Under the pieces are notes generated by a model that was given only the letters and a program-made list of their open reading frames with translations, was not told the DNA's origin and did no database searches. The position numbers and the translations under genes are program-made. From a virus (taxonomy: Duplodnaviria > Caudoviricetes), in IMG/VR virus record IMGVR_UViG_2926965794_000002, positions 45,941 to 109,940 of that record: a stretch of 64,000 nt of DNA; one strand, 5' to 3'. Each line of letters begins with the position of its first letter. Within the stretch, counting starts at the first letter, position 1. Of the stretch, positions 35,995-44,963 are shown piece by piece.

Positions 35995-36615
35995 TCATGC
36001 CGCGGCCTCGGCAGCGTCGAACAGCGGGGTCGGCGCGATGATCTTTTGCTTACGGCGGCGCTCCGGCCGACTGCCGTCATCGAACTTTCCGACCTCCTTG
36101 CCCCAGGCCGTGAAACCATCATGGTTTTCGCGCGAGAACAGATCGCACCGGATCAGCCCCGGCGTCTTCTCGCGGACATGGTCGTAGAATGCCGCCGGCT
36201 TTTGAGAGTGTCCGCGGGCCTTGCCCTCGATCTCGCCATAGAATGCGTCGTGGATCTGGTATTCGTTACCGAACACACCGAGCAGGATAGACTCGTGCAT
36301 GCCCCTGACACGGTAGCCAGTGCCGAGCCGACGCTTCGGCCACACGAGTTCGGTCTTGTAGAGAGCGCCCCACTGCTCCAGCAGCCACATCGACTTGTTC
36401 AGCGTCGGCGGGCAGGCCCAAAGCAAGATGACGCCGTTCGCTCGGATCAGATGCCCGACAGGAAGCTTGGCGAGGTCGGGCCACGACATGATATCGTACT
36501 GAGCCGAAGCCGACTTGCTGTTGCCGTTCGCCGAATAGAGCGTGAACTCGGTCGGCGGATCGATAACCGCGAGATCGAAGCCGAACATCGGCAGCGGATC
36601 GAAGAACCAACTCAT
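35995..36615 (-). CDS. MT-A70 family adenine methyltransferase
   Basis: 'IDPPT', 'YDIMS', 'LLWA', 'GTGY', 'HSQKP', 'DLFSRE...WGKEV'. Confidence 0.85.
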   Translation of the reverse strand: MSWFFDPLPMFGFDLAVIDPPTEFTLYSANGNSKSASAQYDIMSWPDLAKLPVGHLIRANGVILLWACPPTLNKSMWLLEQWGALYKTELVWPKRRLGTGYRVRGMHESILLGVFGNEYQIHDAFYGEIEGKARGHSQKPAAFYDHVREKTPGLIRCDLFSRENHDGFTAWGKEVGKFDDGSRPERRRKQKIIAPTPLFDAAEAAA

Positions 36616-37010
36616 GCGCGCACCTCGCGGGTGACAAGCGACTTGGCCACGATCTCGCGTGAGGCCGGCGTCAGGCCATAACCGATGCTGCGGCGGTTCT
36701 CGATCTCGATATCAAGGTGCTTCAGTTTGGCCCGCAACCGGCAGATGACCACCTGTACCAGGTGGGCGTCGGCAGTGGCGCTGCGGGACACCATGGCGCG
36801 CAGCAGCACCTCACCCGATCGGATGCCGTTCGGCGCGGTGTAAAGCGAGCGTAGCGCGCGGGCTTCCTGCGGAAGGAGATCCCACTCTCGCGGAAAGACG
36901 ATCTGATCGGCCTCGATCAGCCGGCTGAGGTGGGTGTTCTCGGCCTCCAGTTGAGCGATGCGCTCGCGTAGTCGCCGGATCTCGAGTTGATCGGGTGTGA
37001 TGCTCAGCAC
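36612..37010 (-). CDS. Winged-helix (Trans_reg_C, CtrA-like DNA-binding domain) protein
   Basis: 'LVQVVICRLRAKLKHLDIEIENRRSIGYGL'. Confidence 0.7.
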   Translation of the reverse strand: MLSITPDQLEIRRLRERIAQLEAENTHLSRLIEADQIVFPREWDLLPQEARALRSLYTAPNGIRSGEVLLRAMVSRSATADAHLVQVVICRLRAKLKHLDIEIENRRSIGYGLTPASREIVAKSLVTREVRA

Positions 37011-37357
37011 TGCGGCTCCATGAAATACGCGCGCAGCGCCTCCTCGGCGGCGGTCCGCTCCGAGATCCGGTTCTCATCGGCATAAGCGCGGATGGCGCGG
37101 CGCACTTCGGGCAACGGGTGAACGACGAGACCATCGCCGATGCCTGGCCCACAGACCGACAGTGACCGCGACCGGCCCGGTATGCGCTGCAACGCACCGC
37201 GCTCGACCGCCTCATTGATCAGGTGAGATACCGCGCCCATGCCGCGGATGCCGAGATGCCTGCCGATCTCCCGATAGGACGGCGACGAGCCGCGATCCGA
37301 GATCCATTGCCGCACGAACTCGACGCACTCTGCTTGGGCGTTGGTGAGGCCGCTCAT
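37004..37357 (-). CDS. LexA DNA-binding-domain protein
   Basis: 'LTNAQAECVEFV...GSSPSYREIGRHLGI...RIPGRSRSL'; no peptidase domain. Confidence 0.8.
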   Translation of the reverse strand: MSGLTNAQAECVEFVRQWISDRGSSPSYREIGRHLGIRGMGAVSHLINEAVERGALQRIPGRSRSLSVCGPGIGDGLVVHPLPEVRRAIRAYADENRISERTAAEEALRAYFMEPQC

Positions 37358-37599
37358 GCTGGACCTCCCGCCGGCAACGTCGGCTTGATCACCTCATCGG
37401 CGTATTGCGAGAACACGGCAAACGCCTTCTCGCGGCCGACCGACCCAATCAGATATGCCGCGATCGCCTGAAGGTGTGCATCAACCACCATGGCGGCGAC
37501 GTCCTTGCCGCCGGCATGCTCGACCGTCATCAAGGACACGACGCATTCCTTGCGGGCATAGTCCTTCATGATGGTCGAGGCGGCGGACTTCATGACCAT
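37354..37599 (-). CDS. Hypothetical protein
   Basis: GAGGG RBS, coupled on both sides. Confidence 0.5.
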   Translation of the reverse strand: MVMKSAASTIMKDYARKECVVSLMTVEHAGGKDVAAMVVDAHLQAIAAYLIGSVGREKAFAVFSQYADEVIKPTLPAGGPA

Positions 37600-38162
37600 G
37601 ACGTGGACGCCCTCTGCGCACGATGATGGTCCTGGATTCGCGCCGCGCGCTGTTCCTGCGTCTCCCTGCCCCTGCGGTTCTGCGCCGGCTGATAGGCCAA
37701 CCGGGTATGATGGGCGCAATACGGGAGACCGACGAGAGCGCGACCGTTGCAGAAATAGAAATCGGGCGTCGCAGGATCTCCGATCGGCCAGCGGCAATCA
37801 CCCTCGCGAAGATCGAGAACGCCCTTTCGCTGATCTTGCGGAACGCTCGGATCGAAGTCGGTCGAGTTGCCGGCGGCCTCGTCCCCCTTTTCAGGCGCGG
37901 GCTCGTAAGGTTGCGCCAGCACCTGGCGGATGATGGTCTGCCGGCGCGGTGGCGGCGCAGGTCCACGACGCTGCTTCGGCCCTCGGCTTTCCCGGACCGC
38001 TTTGGACCGGCTGTTGGCCAGGCCGAGACGATGAAGCTTCCCGATCACGGCGTTGCGGGTAACCTGCCCGAGTTCCGCGGCGATCTGCGAGCACGACAAT
38101 CCGTCCTCATAAAGCTTCTTCAGCTGCGCGACCCGGTCTTCGCTCCAGGTGGATTGCTTCAT
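37590..38162 (-). CDS. gcrA: GcrA-family cell-cycle regulator
   Basis: 'WSEDRVAQLKKLYEDGLSCSQIAAELGQVTRNAVIGKLHRLGL' and 'CRWPIGDP...FYFC...PYCAHH..LAYQP'. Confidence 0.92.
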   Translation of the reverse strand: MKQSTWSEDRVAQLKKLYEDGLSCSQIAAELGQVTRNAVIGKLHRLGLANSRSKAVRESRGPKQRRGPAPPPRRQTIIRQVLAQPYEPAPEKGDEAAGNSTDFDPSVPQDQRKGVLDLREGDCRWPIGDPATPDFYFCNGRALVGLPYCAHHTRLAYQPAQNRRGRETQEQRAARIQDHHRAQRASTSWS

Positions 38163-38404
38163 GGTCGCGCCGCCTTTCGCGCCGATCGGATCTCGCCAAA
38201 CGACTTCGCGCCACCAAGGCGCAGCCACTTGGCAACATCCGAGCAGAACTCGGCGTGGTCGATCCAAACGTCCCGACGGCCGCGATGATAGTCGGAGCGT
38301 TTGATGCAGGTGCGAGCCAGAGCGATGGCCGCAGCAGAGAGGAGGTTGATCACGAAGAATTCCAGGCTTGATGGCGCCGCGGTCCCGCGCGGCCCGTAAG
38401 TCAC
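38159..38404 (-). CDS. Hypothetical protein
   Basis: Overlaps both neighbours by 4 nt. Confidence 0.45.
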   Translation of the reverse strand: MTYGPRGTAAPSSLEFFVINLLSAAAIALARTCIKRSDYHRGRRDVWIDHAEFCSDVAKWLRLGGAKSFGEIRSARKAARP

Positions 38405-38850
38405 TTCGAGGCGTTGAGGTCCATGTTCAGCTGACGTAGTCGCGCCTGCGCCTCGCGGTCTTCGATCTCGCGTTGACGCTGACGCTCGGCGAGCGTCCGG
38501 CGCAGCGCCTCCGCTTCAAAAAAGCGATCGCGCACGCGCTCCGGCACCTGCTCCCACATCGCTTCAAAGTACGCGGTGCCCTCGGCGCTCTCGGTGCGAT
38601 CGAGCAGATTGAAGAACTGCTCAAACTGGATCGAGCGATCCTTCGAAATCCAGTTGTCGATCGTCCGCAGCGAGCAATGAGCGAGGTCAGCAAGGAGCTT
38701 CCGCATGCTGCCGCGGTTCGCTCCGTTCTGGGAAATGCGAATGATTTCAGCAGTCATTTTCATCGACCGCACGTTCGTGCATTTCGAACTGTCGGATCGT
38801 GCAGCGTGTCCGTTTGCATTGATCGAAGCGGCAAGCGATGCTGTTCCCAT
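38401..38850 (-). CDS. CII-like HTH regulator
   Basis: Downstream of cro; 'KLLADLAHCSLRTIDNWI'. Confidence 0.5.
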   Translation of the reverse strand: MGTASLAASINANGHAARSDSSKCTNVRSMKMTAEIIRISQNGANRGSMRKLLADLAHCSLRTIDNWISKDRSIQFEQFFNLLDRTESAEGTAYFEAMWEQVPERVRDRFFEAEALRRTLAERQRQREIEDREAQARLRQLNMDLNASK

Positions 38851-39198
38851 GATGAATGCTCCCTTTTTTCACAAACACAATTCGAGCGTCGCCGTGGTGT
38901 CGACGCCTGACAAAGATGACGACTGGGCGCGCGCCGCCCTGGCCGGAACACGAATGCTGATTGCGGAAGAATGCTTCGATGCGATGCTGCAGATGCTGAT
39001 CGATGCCGGCTTGGTGCCGAGGAGCTGCGCGGCGGTCATGCTCGACCGCCTTTCGGAGAAGCTGCTGCTGCACGCCTCTGAACGCACGGATACACACTGG
39101 GCCATCCGCAAGCCCGAACTGATCGACCAAGCGACGAGGTTGTCGACGAAAGCCGCGACGCTGAAGACCGTGATCGGCGGCGTGTCATGACGACGCCC

Positions 39199-39459
39199 TC
39201 ACCGACCAGCAGCGTCAGCGGGCGTCCGCGCCGCGACGTTGGCGGCGTAGAGTTCCTCGGCTGTGACATCGCACAGCCCGCGGATCACGCCCCAATGCCG
39301 GTCGGGAATGCCGATCTTCGGCCATTTGTAGACGGCCTCGATCGTGACGATCCCGTCGGAGGCCTTCGCGATCTCCGCGGCGCCGCCGGCAAACTTGATG
39401 ATTTCGGGGACCGTCTTGGGACGATCGGCGGTCGGAGCGTCTGCGGAGGCATCTGTCAT
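39199..39459 (-). CDS. cro: Cro-like repressor
   Basis: Divergent from cI; 'GGAAEIAK...AVYKWPKIGIPDRHW'. Confidence 0.8.
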   Translation of the reverse strand: MTDASADAPTADRPKTVPEIIKFAGGAAEIAKASDGIVTIEAVYKWPKIGIPDRHWGVIRGLCDVTAEELYAANVAARTPADAAGR

Positions 39460-39463
39460 GGCC

Positions 39464-39531
39464 TCTGGAATTTACTGGAATTTAATTCCGGACACAAGGC
39501 ATCCGAATTCCATTCCGAAAATAATTCCAGT
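39464..39531. promoter_or_regulatory. cI/cro operator region
   Basis: CTGGAATTTAATTCCGG at 39475-39491 plus degenerate GAAT..TTCC copies. Confidence 0.7.
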
Positions 39532-39546
39532 TCCTACACTGGACCC

Positions 39547-40332
39547 ATGGAGATTCTGGAACCAAGCAAAGGACTTAACTTGGAGACGCCGCCAATATTA
39601 TGGAACCACCGACTGCGCTCTGCTCGCAGGTCGAAGGGTATCTCGGTGCCAGATCTCGCACGCCTGATCGTCGGCACCGAAGACGCGGACGCGATCTCCG
39701 CGATGGTTCAGAAAATCTACAGCTACGAAAAAATCTCAGCGAAGCAGAAACCCGTCGAGCAGCCTCGCGGCAAAACGATGGATCAACTCGCGAAAGCGTT
39801 GGGCGTTAGCGTCCAATGGTTGCGTGACGGAAGCGCAACTACGGGTAACCATAATCCCGCTGAGCCAAATGTTGGCCTTGACGATCTTAACGTTACCCCA
39901 AACCTTACGGGCGAACAAAAAGAAACAAAGTACTCGCGCGACAAAGTGCCAATCTACGGTAGGGCCGCGGGTGGTCGTGATGGAAGGTTCGTCTTGAACG
40001 GGGAAAAGGTCGGCGAAATTTTGCGCCCACCCAGCCTGGAGGCGGTCGCCGAGGGCTACAGCGTGGAGCAAACCGGGGACTCGATGTCTCCCGCCATCAA
40101 GGATGGCTACAAGGTCTACGTCAATCCTAAGCTTCCATACCGGCGCGGCTCGCTCGTCGTTGTGCAGATCCGGACTGGCGTTGAGAACGAGTTCGACGGC
40201 TACGCCAAGGAATTCGTTTCGTTCTCGCGGAAAGAACTGGTCCTCGAGCAGTACAATCCGCCGAAGCAACTTCGGTTCGACGCGAACCTGGTTGAGAGCA
40301 TCCACACGATTGTAGGCGTGGAGTTCATTTAG
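39547..40332 (+). CDS. cI: CI-like repressor (HTH + S24 peptidase)
   Basis: 'RLRSARRSKGISVPDLA', 'LAKALGVSVQWLRDG', 'AAGG', 'GDSMSP', 'YAKEF'. Confidence 0.9.
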   Translation: MEILEPSKGLNLETPPILWNHRLRSARRSKGISVPDLARLIVGTEDADAISAMVQKIYSYEKISAKQKPVEQPRGKTMDQLAKALGVSVQWLRDGSATTGNHNPAEPNVGLDDLNVTPNLTGEQKETKYSRDKVPIYGRAAGGRDGRFVLNGEKVGEILRPPSLEAVAEGYSVEQTGDSMSPAIKDGYKVYVNPKLPYRRGSLVVVQIRTGVENEFDGYAKEFVSFSRKELVLEQYNPPKQLRFDANLVESIHTIVGVEFI

Positions 40333-40409
40333 CCACCACATCTGGTGGCGTCGACTCTGGCTCGGAAAGATTCAATGATGCCGGCATACATCGTCATGAG
40401 CGAAGAGCG

Positions 40410-40667
40410 ATGCGGCGTCAAAACACTGCAAAAACCGTTATTTCCGAGCCTTTCCTTGAAATCCTATGTTCAGACTGCGGTCACTCTGTTGTCTGGACCT
40501 GCGAAGACCTCCAGAATTTTCGGATCAAACCGGAGACCACGATCGATGAGCTTGGAAAGCACATCCATTGCTCCCGATGCCGCGGTCAGGGCGGCTGGGG
40601 CTGGAATGTCGAGATCCACCCTCGCCGCGTTTATCCTGATCAGTCTTGGCGCCGGCGCGCGGGTTGA
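40410..40667 (+). CDS. Zinc-ribbon protein
   Basis: CSDC and CSRC pairs. Confidence 0.55.
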   Translation: MRRQNTAKTVISEPFLEILCSDCGHSVVWTCEDLQNFRIKPETTIDELGKHIHCSRCRGQGGWGWNVEIHPRRVYPDQSWRRRAG

Positions 40668-41016
40668 AGCGGCGCAGCCGTCCGAGGAGTCGATCCGCGC
40701 CGCTCGCACCGAGATCGCTCGAATGGGCGAGCCAGAACTGCGGTCGCTGCTGAATTATTTCGCGGAATGCACTGATCGCACATCGCTGAACCAAGCGGTG
40801 AGGCAGGCTTGCAAATCGGCGTTCGTAAAATACCAGACCGAGTTTGGCGGAAAGCGAACGGTCGACAAGCTGATCGCGGAACAGGAAGAGCTCGGCGAGA
40901 TCCAACGCACCTTCCGCGCCACCGGACAGTCAACGGACTCGAGCTATGTCGAGACCGTCGATCGGCAACTTCGCCAGGCGGTCGGCGACGCGCTGAAGGC
41001 GAACTCCAGCCGCTAG
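40606..41016 (+). CDS. Putative secreted protein (possible superinfection-related moron)
   Basis: Signal-peptide-like MSRSTLAAFILISLGAGARVEA; in the cI operon. Confidence 0.55.
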   Translation: MSRSTLAAFILISLGAGARVEAAQPSEESIRAARTEIARMGEPELRSLLNYFAECTDRTSLNQAVRQACKSAFVKYQTEFGGKRTVDKLIAEQEELGEIQRTFRATGQSTDSSYVETVDRQLRQAVGDALKANSSR

Positions 41017-41522
41017 CGCGACAACCTCGCGGCGAGTGAGTTCCGGATCGCCGGAAGCCGCTCGACGAATTCGGCGATGCCGGCGAGCTCGTCGCGGGCC
41101 GCCCTTACCTCGACCATCATCTCGGCGATCGCCGGCAGGAACTTGGATTTTTGTCGCCAGCGCCGGCAAGCCATCTCGACCGCCCCGAATGACGGATCCA
41201 GTGACATGACGTCTTCACGCATGAACTGGCCAAACGCACTGGCTTGCTGAACGCCGCCGTTCGGGAACGCTTGCAGCAGCAGGCCAAGATAGGCGACCGC
41301 GCCGGCTTTAGGTATCGGCGCCAATGCTTGGTCGAAGGTCGCCTTGTTCTGCCCATGGATCTCGATCGCCCGGTTGAGAGTGCGCAGCAACTCAGCGCTC
41401 GGCTCGTCCGACAGAGCGGCCGCCTCGCGCGCGGCGGCGAGCTCGCGCAGCGCCGGCTCGAGCCCCGAAAATGACGGCGGCGCCGGCGGCTTACCCCGCG
41501 GCTGATCAACGAGATCGCGCAT
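41013..41522 (-). CDS. Putative helicase-loader / P-like partner of the initiator
   Basis: Overlaps the initiator gene; 'ACRRWRQKSKFLPAIAEM'. Confidence 0.5.
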   Translation of the reverse strand: MRDLVDQPRGKPPAPPSFSGLEPALRELAAAREAAALSDEPSAELLRTLNRAIEIHGQNKATFDQALAPIPKAGAVAYLGLLLQAFPNGGVQQASAFGQFMREDVMSLDPSFGAVEMACRRWRQKSKFLPAIAEMMVEVRAARDELAGIAEFVERLPAIRNSLAARLSR

Positions 41523-42453
41523 GGAAATCCTCCTCAGTGAGACCCGCCATCATCCCCTCGATCGCGGTGTCGACGCGGCTCGGCGCCGCCGGTGTGCCGC
41601 CTCGAGGCGTCCGGCGGTCATAGTCGTTCCCCACCCACGTCCGCCATGCCGCATCCCAGTCGGCCATCAGGTTACCCCTGCTGGCGTGGAAGTTCTTGAA
41701 CTTCTCCGCCTGGAACCGGATGTGATCATCGTTCCAGCCGCGGTCCCGAGCATACTTCCAACCCGATTCAGGAAGCTCCCAGTCGGCGGGGAGCTTCGTC
41801 CTCCGCCCCGTCGTCTGCCTACCTCTGCGCTTCGGCTGCCGCTCCTCGGCCGGACCATCATCGCCAAAAAGGCCTTGTGCAGGGACCATCTCGCGCCCGG
41901 CAACGGGCGCAATATGTTCTTCCCCTTCTTCCTTTCTTGAATGTTTTATTTCTTCTGTATTGTGCTGGCCGTGTGCTGGCGCTGTGCTGGGACCTTGCTG
42001 ACGCTGTGCTGAGACGTTGTCGTCCACTGTGTCATCAACTTGGTCGTCACCTTGATAATGATCGTAATTGCAAACGGTTATTACCGTGACCCCCTTGTCG
42101 GACCGTGTGTTAATCATGCCCTCCCTCTCGAGCCGACCCAGATAGCCCCTCACCGCTCCTACGCTCCATAGCCAGTTTTCCGCGAGAAAACGCAGCGAGC
42201 CGGCGAGCTCGCCCCGATCGAGATCAACGAAGAACTGACCGAACCGGCGCTGTCGCGGCTTCCACGCCGCCTCCTTGATCATCCAGATAAATACCTCGCG
42301 CTCCGACATTGCGGAGGGCCTGAAAAACTCGTGCGCGTACAGCGAGCGAAAGAGCTTGATGTAGCCTCGGGAACTCACCCCATAGATCTCCGAACTGGCA
42401 TTTCGACTGGATGGCGGCGGGTCCTTCGCCGCGGACCTCGGCTCAGCCGTCAT
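41506..42453 (-). CDS. Phage replication initiator (O-like, DnaT-like C-terminus)
   Basis: 'GYIKLFRSL', 'RGELAGSLRFLAENW', 'ITVCNYDHYQ', 'KFKNFH...DWDAAWRTW'. Confidence 0.8.
   Translation of the reverse strand: MTAEPRSAAKDPPPSSRNASSEIYGVSSRGYIKLFRSLYAHEFFRPSAMSEREVFIWMIKEAAWKPRQRRFGQFFVDLDRGELAGSLRFLAENWLWSVGAVRGYLGRLEREGMINTRSDKGVTVITVCNYDHYQGDDQVDDTVDDNVSAQRQQGPSTAPAHGQHNTEEIKHSRKEEGEEHIAPVAGREMVPAQGLFGDDGPAEERQPKRRGRQTTGRRTKLPADWELPESGWKYARDRGWNDDHIRFQAEKFKNFHASRGNLMADWDAAWRTWVGNDYDRRTPRGGTPAAPSRVDTAIEGMMAGLTEEDFHARSR
41925..42055. other. Putative replication origin (iterons plus AT-rich tract) within the initiator gene
   Basis: TGTGCTG repeated four times (41961-42011) next to TTTCTTGAATGTTTTATTTCTT. 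Confidence 0.55.
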
Positions 42454-42461
42454 AATCCTGT

Positions 42462-42519
42462 CTGGAATTTATTTCCAGTTTTTTATTGACAGGTCTCCTT
42501 GCCTGGAATTATCTTCCAG
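42462..42519 (+). promoter_or_regulatory. Early promoter (TTGACA-18-TATCTT) with two 17-bp operators CTGGAAT-N4-TTCCAG
   Basis: CTGGAATTTATTTCCAG 42462-42478, TTGACA 42486, CTGGAATTATCTTCCAG 42503-42519; same motif as at cI/cro. Confidence 0.8.
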
Positions 42520-42541
42520 ATGCCACGGGAGACCACGCCTC

Positions 42542-42781
42542 ATGCTCAACGTCACCACAGACCGCCGGAACGCCTTCGGAGTGAAGGACTCGTCCGACCA
42601 GTACCGCAACGGCGGTGCGCGGATCTTGTGGGTGGACGGCCGGACCGACGACCTGACCGCCCGCATCATCAACGCGATCCGCTCGGCCGGCTTCAAAGCC
42701 TGGCGCACCCGCGATCAGATCTGGGTCCGCTCAATCGACGCCGACAAGATCGCCGCCCTCCACATCCCGACGGATCGGTAA
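42542..42781 (+). CDS. Hypothetical protein, first gene of the early operon
   Basis: GGGAG RBS downstream of the promoter. Confidence 0.65.
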   Translation: MLNVTTDRRNAFGVKDSSDQYRNGGARILWVDGRTDDLTARIINAIRSAGFKAWRTRDQIWVRSIDADKIAALHIPTDR

Positions 42782-42786
42782 GGCGC

Positions 42787-43014
42787 ATGACCGTGCTCGG
42801 CTACATCGGCACAGCAGTTGTTTCACTCGGGACCGGCGTCGCGTTCTGTGCGCTCTTCCTTGTGAAGCCTTACTGGCGCGCGGTCCGCGACCGCGGCGAC
42901 CTGCTGCTCGCCCTCTTCAATGCCGGGTCTTCGCTGAAGGCGGCCGGTCGCGCCGAGGAAGCCGCTATGGCTTTCGGTGTCGCGAAGCGCGTGCAGGAGG
43001 ACTGCGCATGCTGA
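42787..43014 (+). CDS. Small membrane protein
   Basis: N-terminal hydrophobic helix. Confidence 0.5.
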   Translation: MTVLGYIGTAVVSLGTGVAFCALFLVKPYWRAVRDRGDLLLALFNAGSSLKAAGRAEEAAMAFGVAKRVQEDCAC

Positions 43015-43334
43015 TCCGCGTCTCCGGCAAGAGCGACTGGCGGAAGTTCTTCTTCGTGTGCCCCGAGATCACCGTTGACGGCCAAGCCGTTCGTGACGTG
43101 ATCGAGGCCGACGACGAGGCCGGCTATATCATCCGCTACCGCCGCGACGAGGCAGGCGCGCTCGTGGTCGATACCGATCGCTACGTCATCGAGCGGATTG
43201 ACGGGAAAGTCGTGTTTGCCGGCCAGCGCCGCTGGAGCCCGGACGACGCCAAGGCAGCGGCGCAGACCAAGCGCGATCGCCGCGCCATCCGCAATCTCGA
43301 AATTCAACGTCGCGCGGGAAAGGTCTCGGCATGA
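43008..43334 (+). CDS. Hypothetical protein
   Basis: GGAGG RBS, coupled. Confidence 0.6.
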   Translation: MLIRVSGKSDWRKFFFVCPEITVDGQAVRDVIEADDEAGYIIRYRRDEAGALVVDTDRYVIERIDGKVVFAGQRRWSPDDAKAAAQTKRDRRAIRNLEIQRRAGKVSA

Positions 43335-43642
43335 CGGACCTTTCCCTCGATCCGACCGCCATCATCGACGACCTCGCCTTCCGGGCCGGATATCTGGAGC
43401 ACGCCCAGATTCAGGCCATCGAGCGGCTGAGGACGCTTGCCGCGCGCGGCGGCGCGACGGCGGACGAATTGCGCCTGGCGATCGCCGGGCTCGCCATCGA
43501 CACGCACAAGGGACTTGCCGCGCTCCAGGTCGGCGCGGCCGCGCGGATGGCGGCTCGTCACGATGCCACCACGCCCGAGATGTGCGCGAAGATCCTGCCG
43601 TTTCCGCGCGCCGGTACTCCAGGCGAGGAGGCTCGCCCGTGA
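43331..43642 (+). CDS. Hypothetical protein
   Basis: ATGA coupling. Confidence 0.55.
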   Translation: MTDLSLDPTAIIDDLAFRAGYLEHAQIQAIERLRTLAARGGATADELRLAIAGLAIDTHKGLAALQVGAAARMAARHDATTPEMCAKILPFPRAGTPGEEARP

Positions 43643-43863
43643 TCACGGAATGCCTGCCGCCGAGTTGGACCCGTCTCATCTTCGCGCCGGCGGGGGAGCA
43701 CGCCGCCGCAACCCCGGAAGAGCGCGCGGCCTACGCCAACTTCGTCAAGCGACTGGTGGCGCGGCCGGAAGACTTCGGCTTTCGGCACGAGACGCCAGAG
43801 GACGTGGCGACAGATGACCGCTTCGACACCGCCCTCGCCTCAGAAAACAGGGATTGGGGATAG
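43639..43863 (+). CDS. Hypothetical protein
   Basis: GTGA coupling, GGAGG RBS. Confidence 0.5.
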   Translation: MITECLPPSWTRLIFAPAGEHAAATPEERAAYANFVKRLVARPEDFGFRHETPEDVATDDRFDTALASENRDWG

Positions 43864-43866
43864 CCA

Positions 43867-44121
43867 ATGGCGCATCCAGGAATGACCAGGTGCACCCCGG
43901 ACACCTTCGACCTCGACCTCACCGGCGCCTATGCCGTGATCCTGCGGTCGAGCGGCATGACTTTCGAGGGCACGGTCGACGAGATCGAAGCCCGTGCCTT
44001 CCAGATCCTGTGGAAACCGGCTGAGGCGCGCCCGTATTCCCAGGTCAAGCCGCGCCTGGCCGCTGCGATCGCGCTGGCGCGCCGTGATGGCCCGATCGAT
44101 TTCAGCGCGGTGGCAGCATGA
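43867..44121 (+). CDS. Hypothetical protein
   Basis: Tandem ORF in the operon. Confidence 0.5.
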   Translation: MAHPGMTRCTPDTFDLDLTGAYAVILRSSGMTFEGTVDEIEARAFQILWKPAEARPYSQVKPRLAAAIALARRDGPIDFSAVAA

Positions 44122-44396
44122 AGATGGAACGCGCCATCATTCTCGTTCTGCTGGCCGTCATCGCCGCCCTCGTCATTGAGGGCGCGACCGTCGAGCTTCT
44201 CTGCGCCGCGCTGCTGCTCGGCCTCGTTCTCGGCGCGCTGTTGGGCGCCGCCTTCGTCACCGATCGGCAACAGAAGGAGTCGGCTTCCTGATGGCGGCTA
44301 TTCGAACATTCGTGCGGGAAGTTGCGGCGTTCTTCGCGATCGCGGGGATGATCTTTGGGTGCATCGTCAAGGCGTCGGCCGCCATGGGGGTCTTCC

Positions 44397-44957
44397 ATGG
44401 CTGAGCGGCGAATTGAGCTCGAGCCGTCCGTGCTTCTGCGGCTCGGCGCCAACATGGAAACCATCGGTCAGGCTTGGCAGGCCGATATCGATGAATTGAA
44501 CACCGCGCGCGACCAGATCGTGATGCTCAGGCGCGAGCTCGACCAGGCGGATGACCGCGCGTCGAACTTTCAGGCCGAGCTCACGGCAACGAGGGCAGAA
44601 GTCCGGCAACTGCTCGAGCGAAATGCCTTCCTCGAGGCGCACACCAAGCGCCTTTTCGATACGGCTCACGATGTCGGCGACAGCATGAAGTCGCTCGCCG
44701 AGTCTGCCGTTGATGTCGCGCGCCGAGCGCCGGCAGTGGCGCCGACCGTCGCTCCGGTGCGCGCCGACGGCACCACGGCGCCGCGGCCCTCGGTGATCGC
44801 GGCACCGCCCGGACCCGCACCGGTTCAGCGCCCGCGCACCTTGGACGATGTCCGCAGGGAGCAGCTGGCCGCGGCCGACGACGAGGACGACGGCACCGGT
44901 CTGCCGCCGGGTCGGCCGCAGTTCCTCAGAACCCCACTTCCAACCGTCTCACCATAG
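44397..44957 (+). CDS. Coiled-coil hypothetical protein
   Basis: Heptad-rich centre, Pro-rich tail. Confidence 0.6.
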   Translation: MAERRIELEPSVLLRLGANMETIGQAWQADIDELNTARDQIVMLRRELDQADDRASNFQAELTATRAEVRQLLERNAFLEAHTKRLFDTAHDVGDSMKSLAESAVDVARRAPAVAPTVAPVRADGTTAPRPSVIAAPPGPAPVQRPRTLDDVRREQLAAADDEDDGTGLPPGRPQFLRTPLPTVSP

Positions 44958-44963
44958 GCTCCC

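Noticed and set aside
38705-39190. Plus-strand ORF inside the cro operon
   Set aside because: Start is uncertain, no recognisable motif, and it opposes the operon; not supportable without homology data
39187-39546. N-terminal extension of the cI ORF
   Set aside because: Overlaps cro on the opposite strand and the operator region
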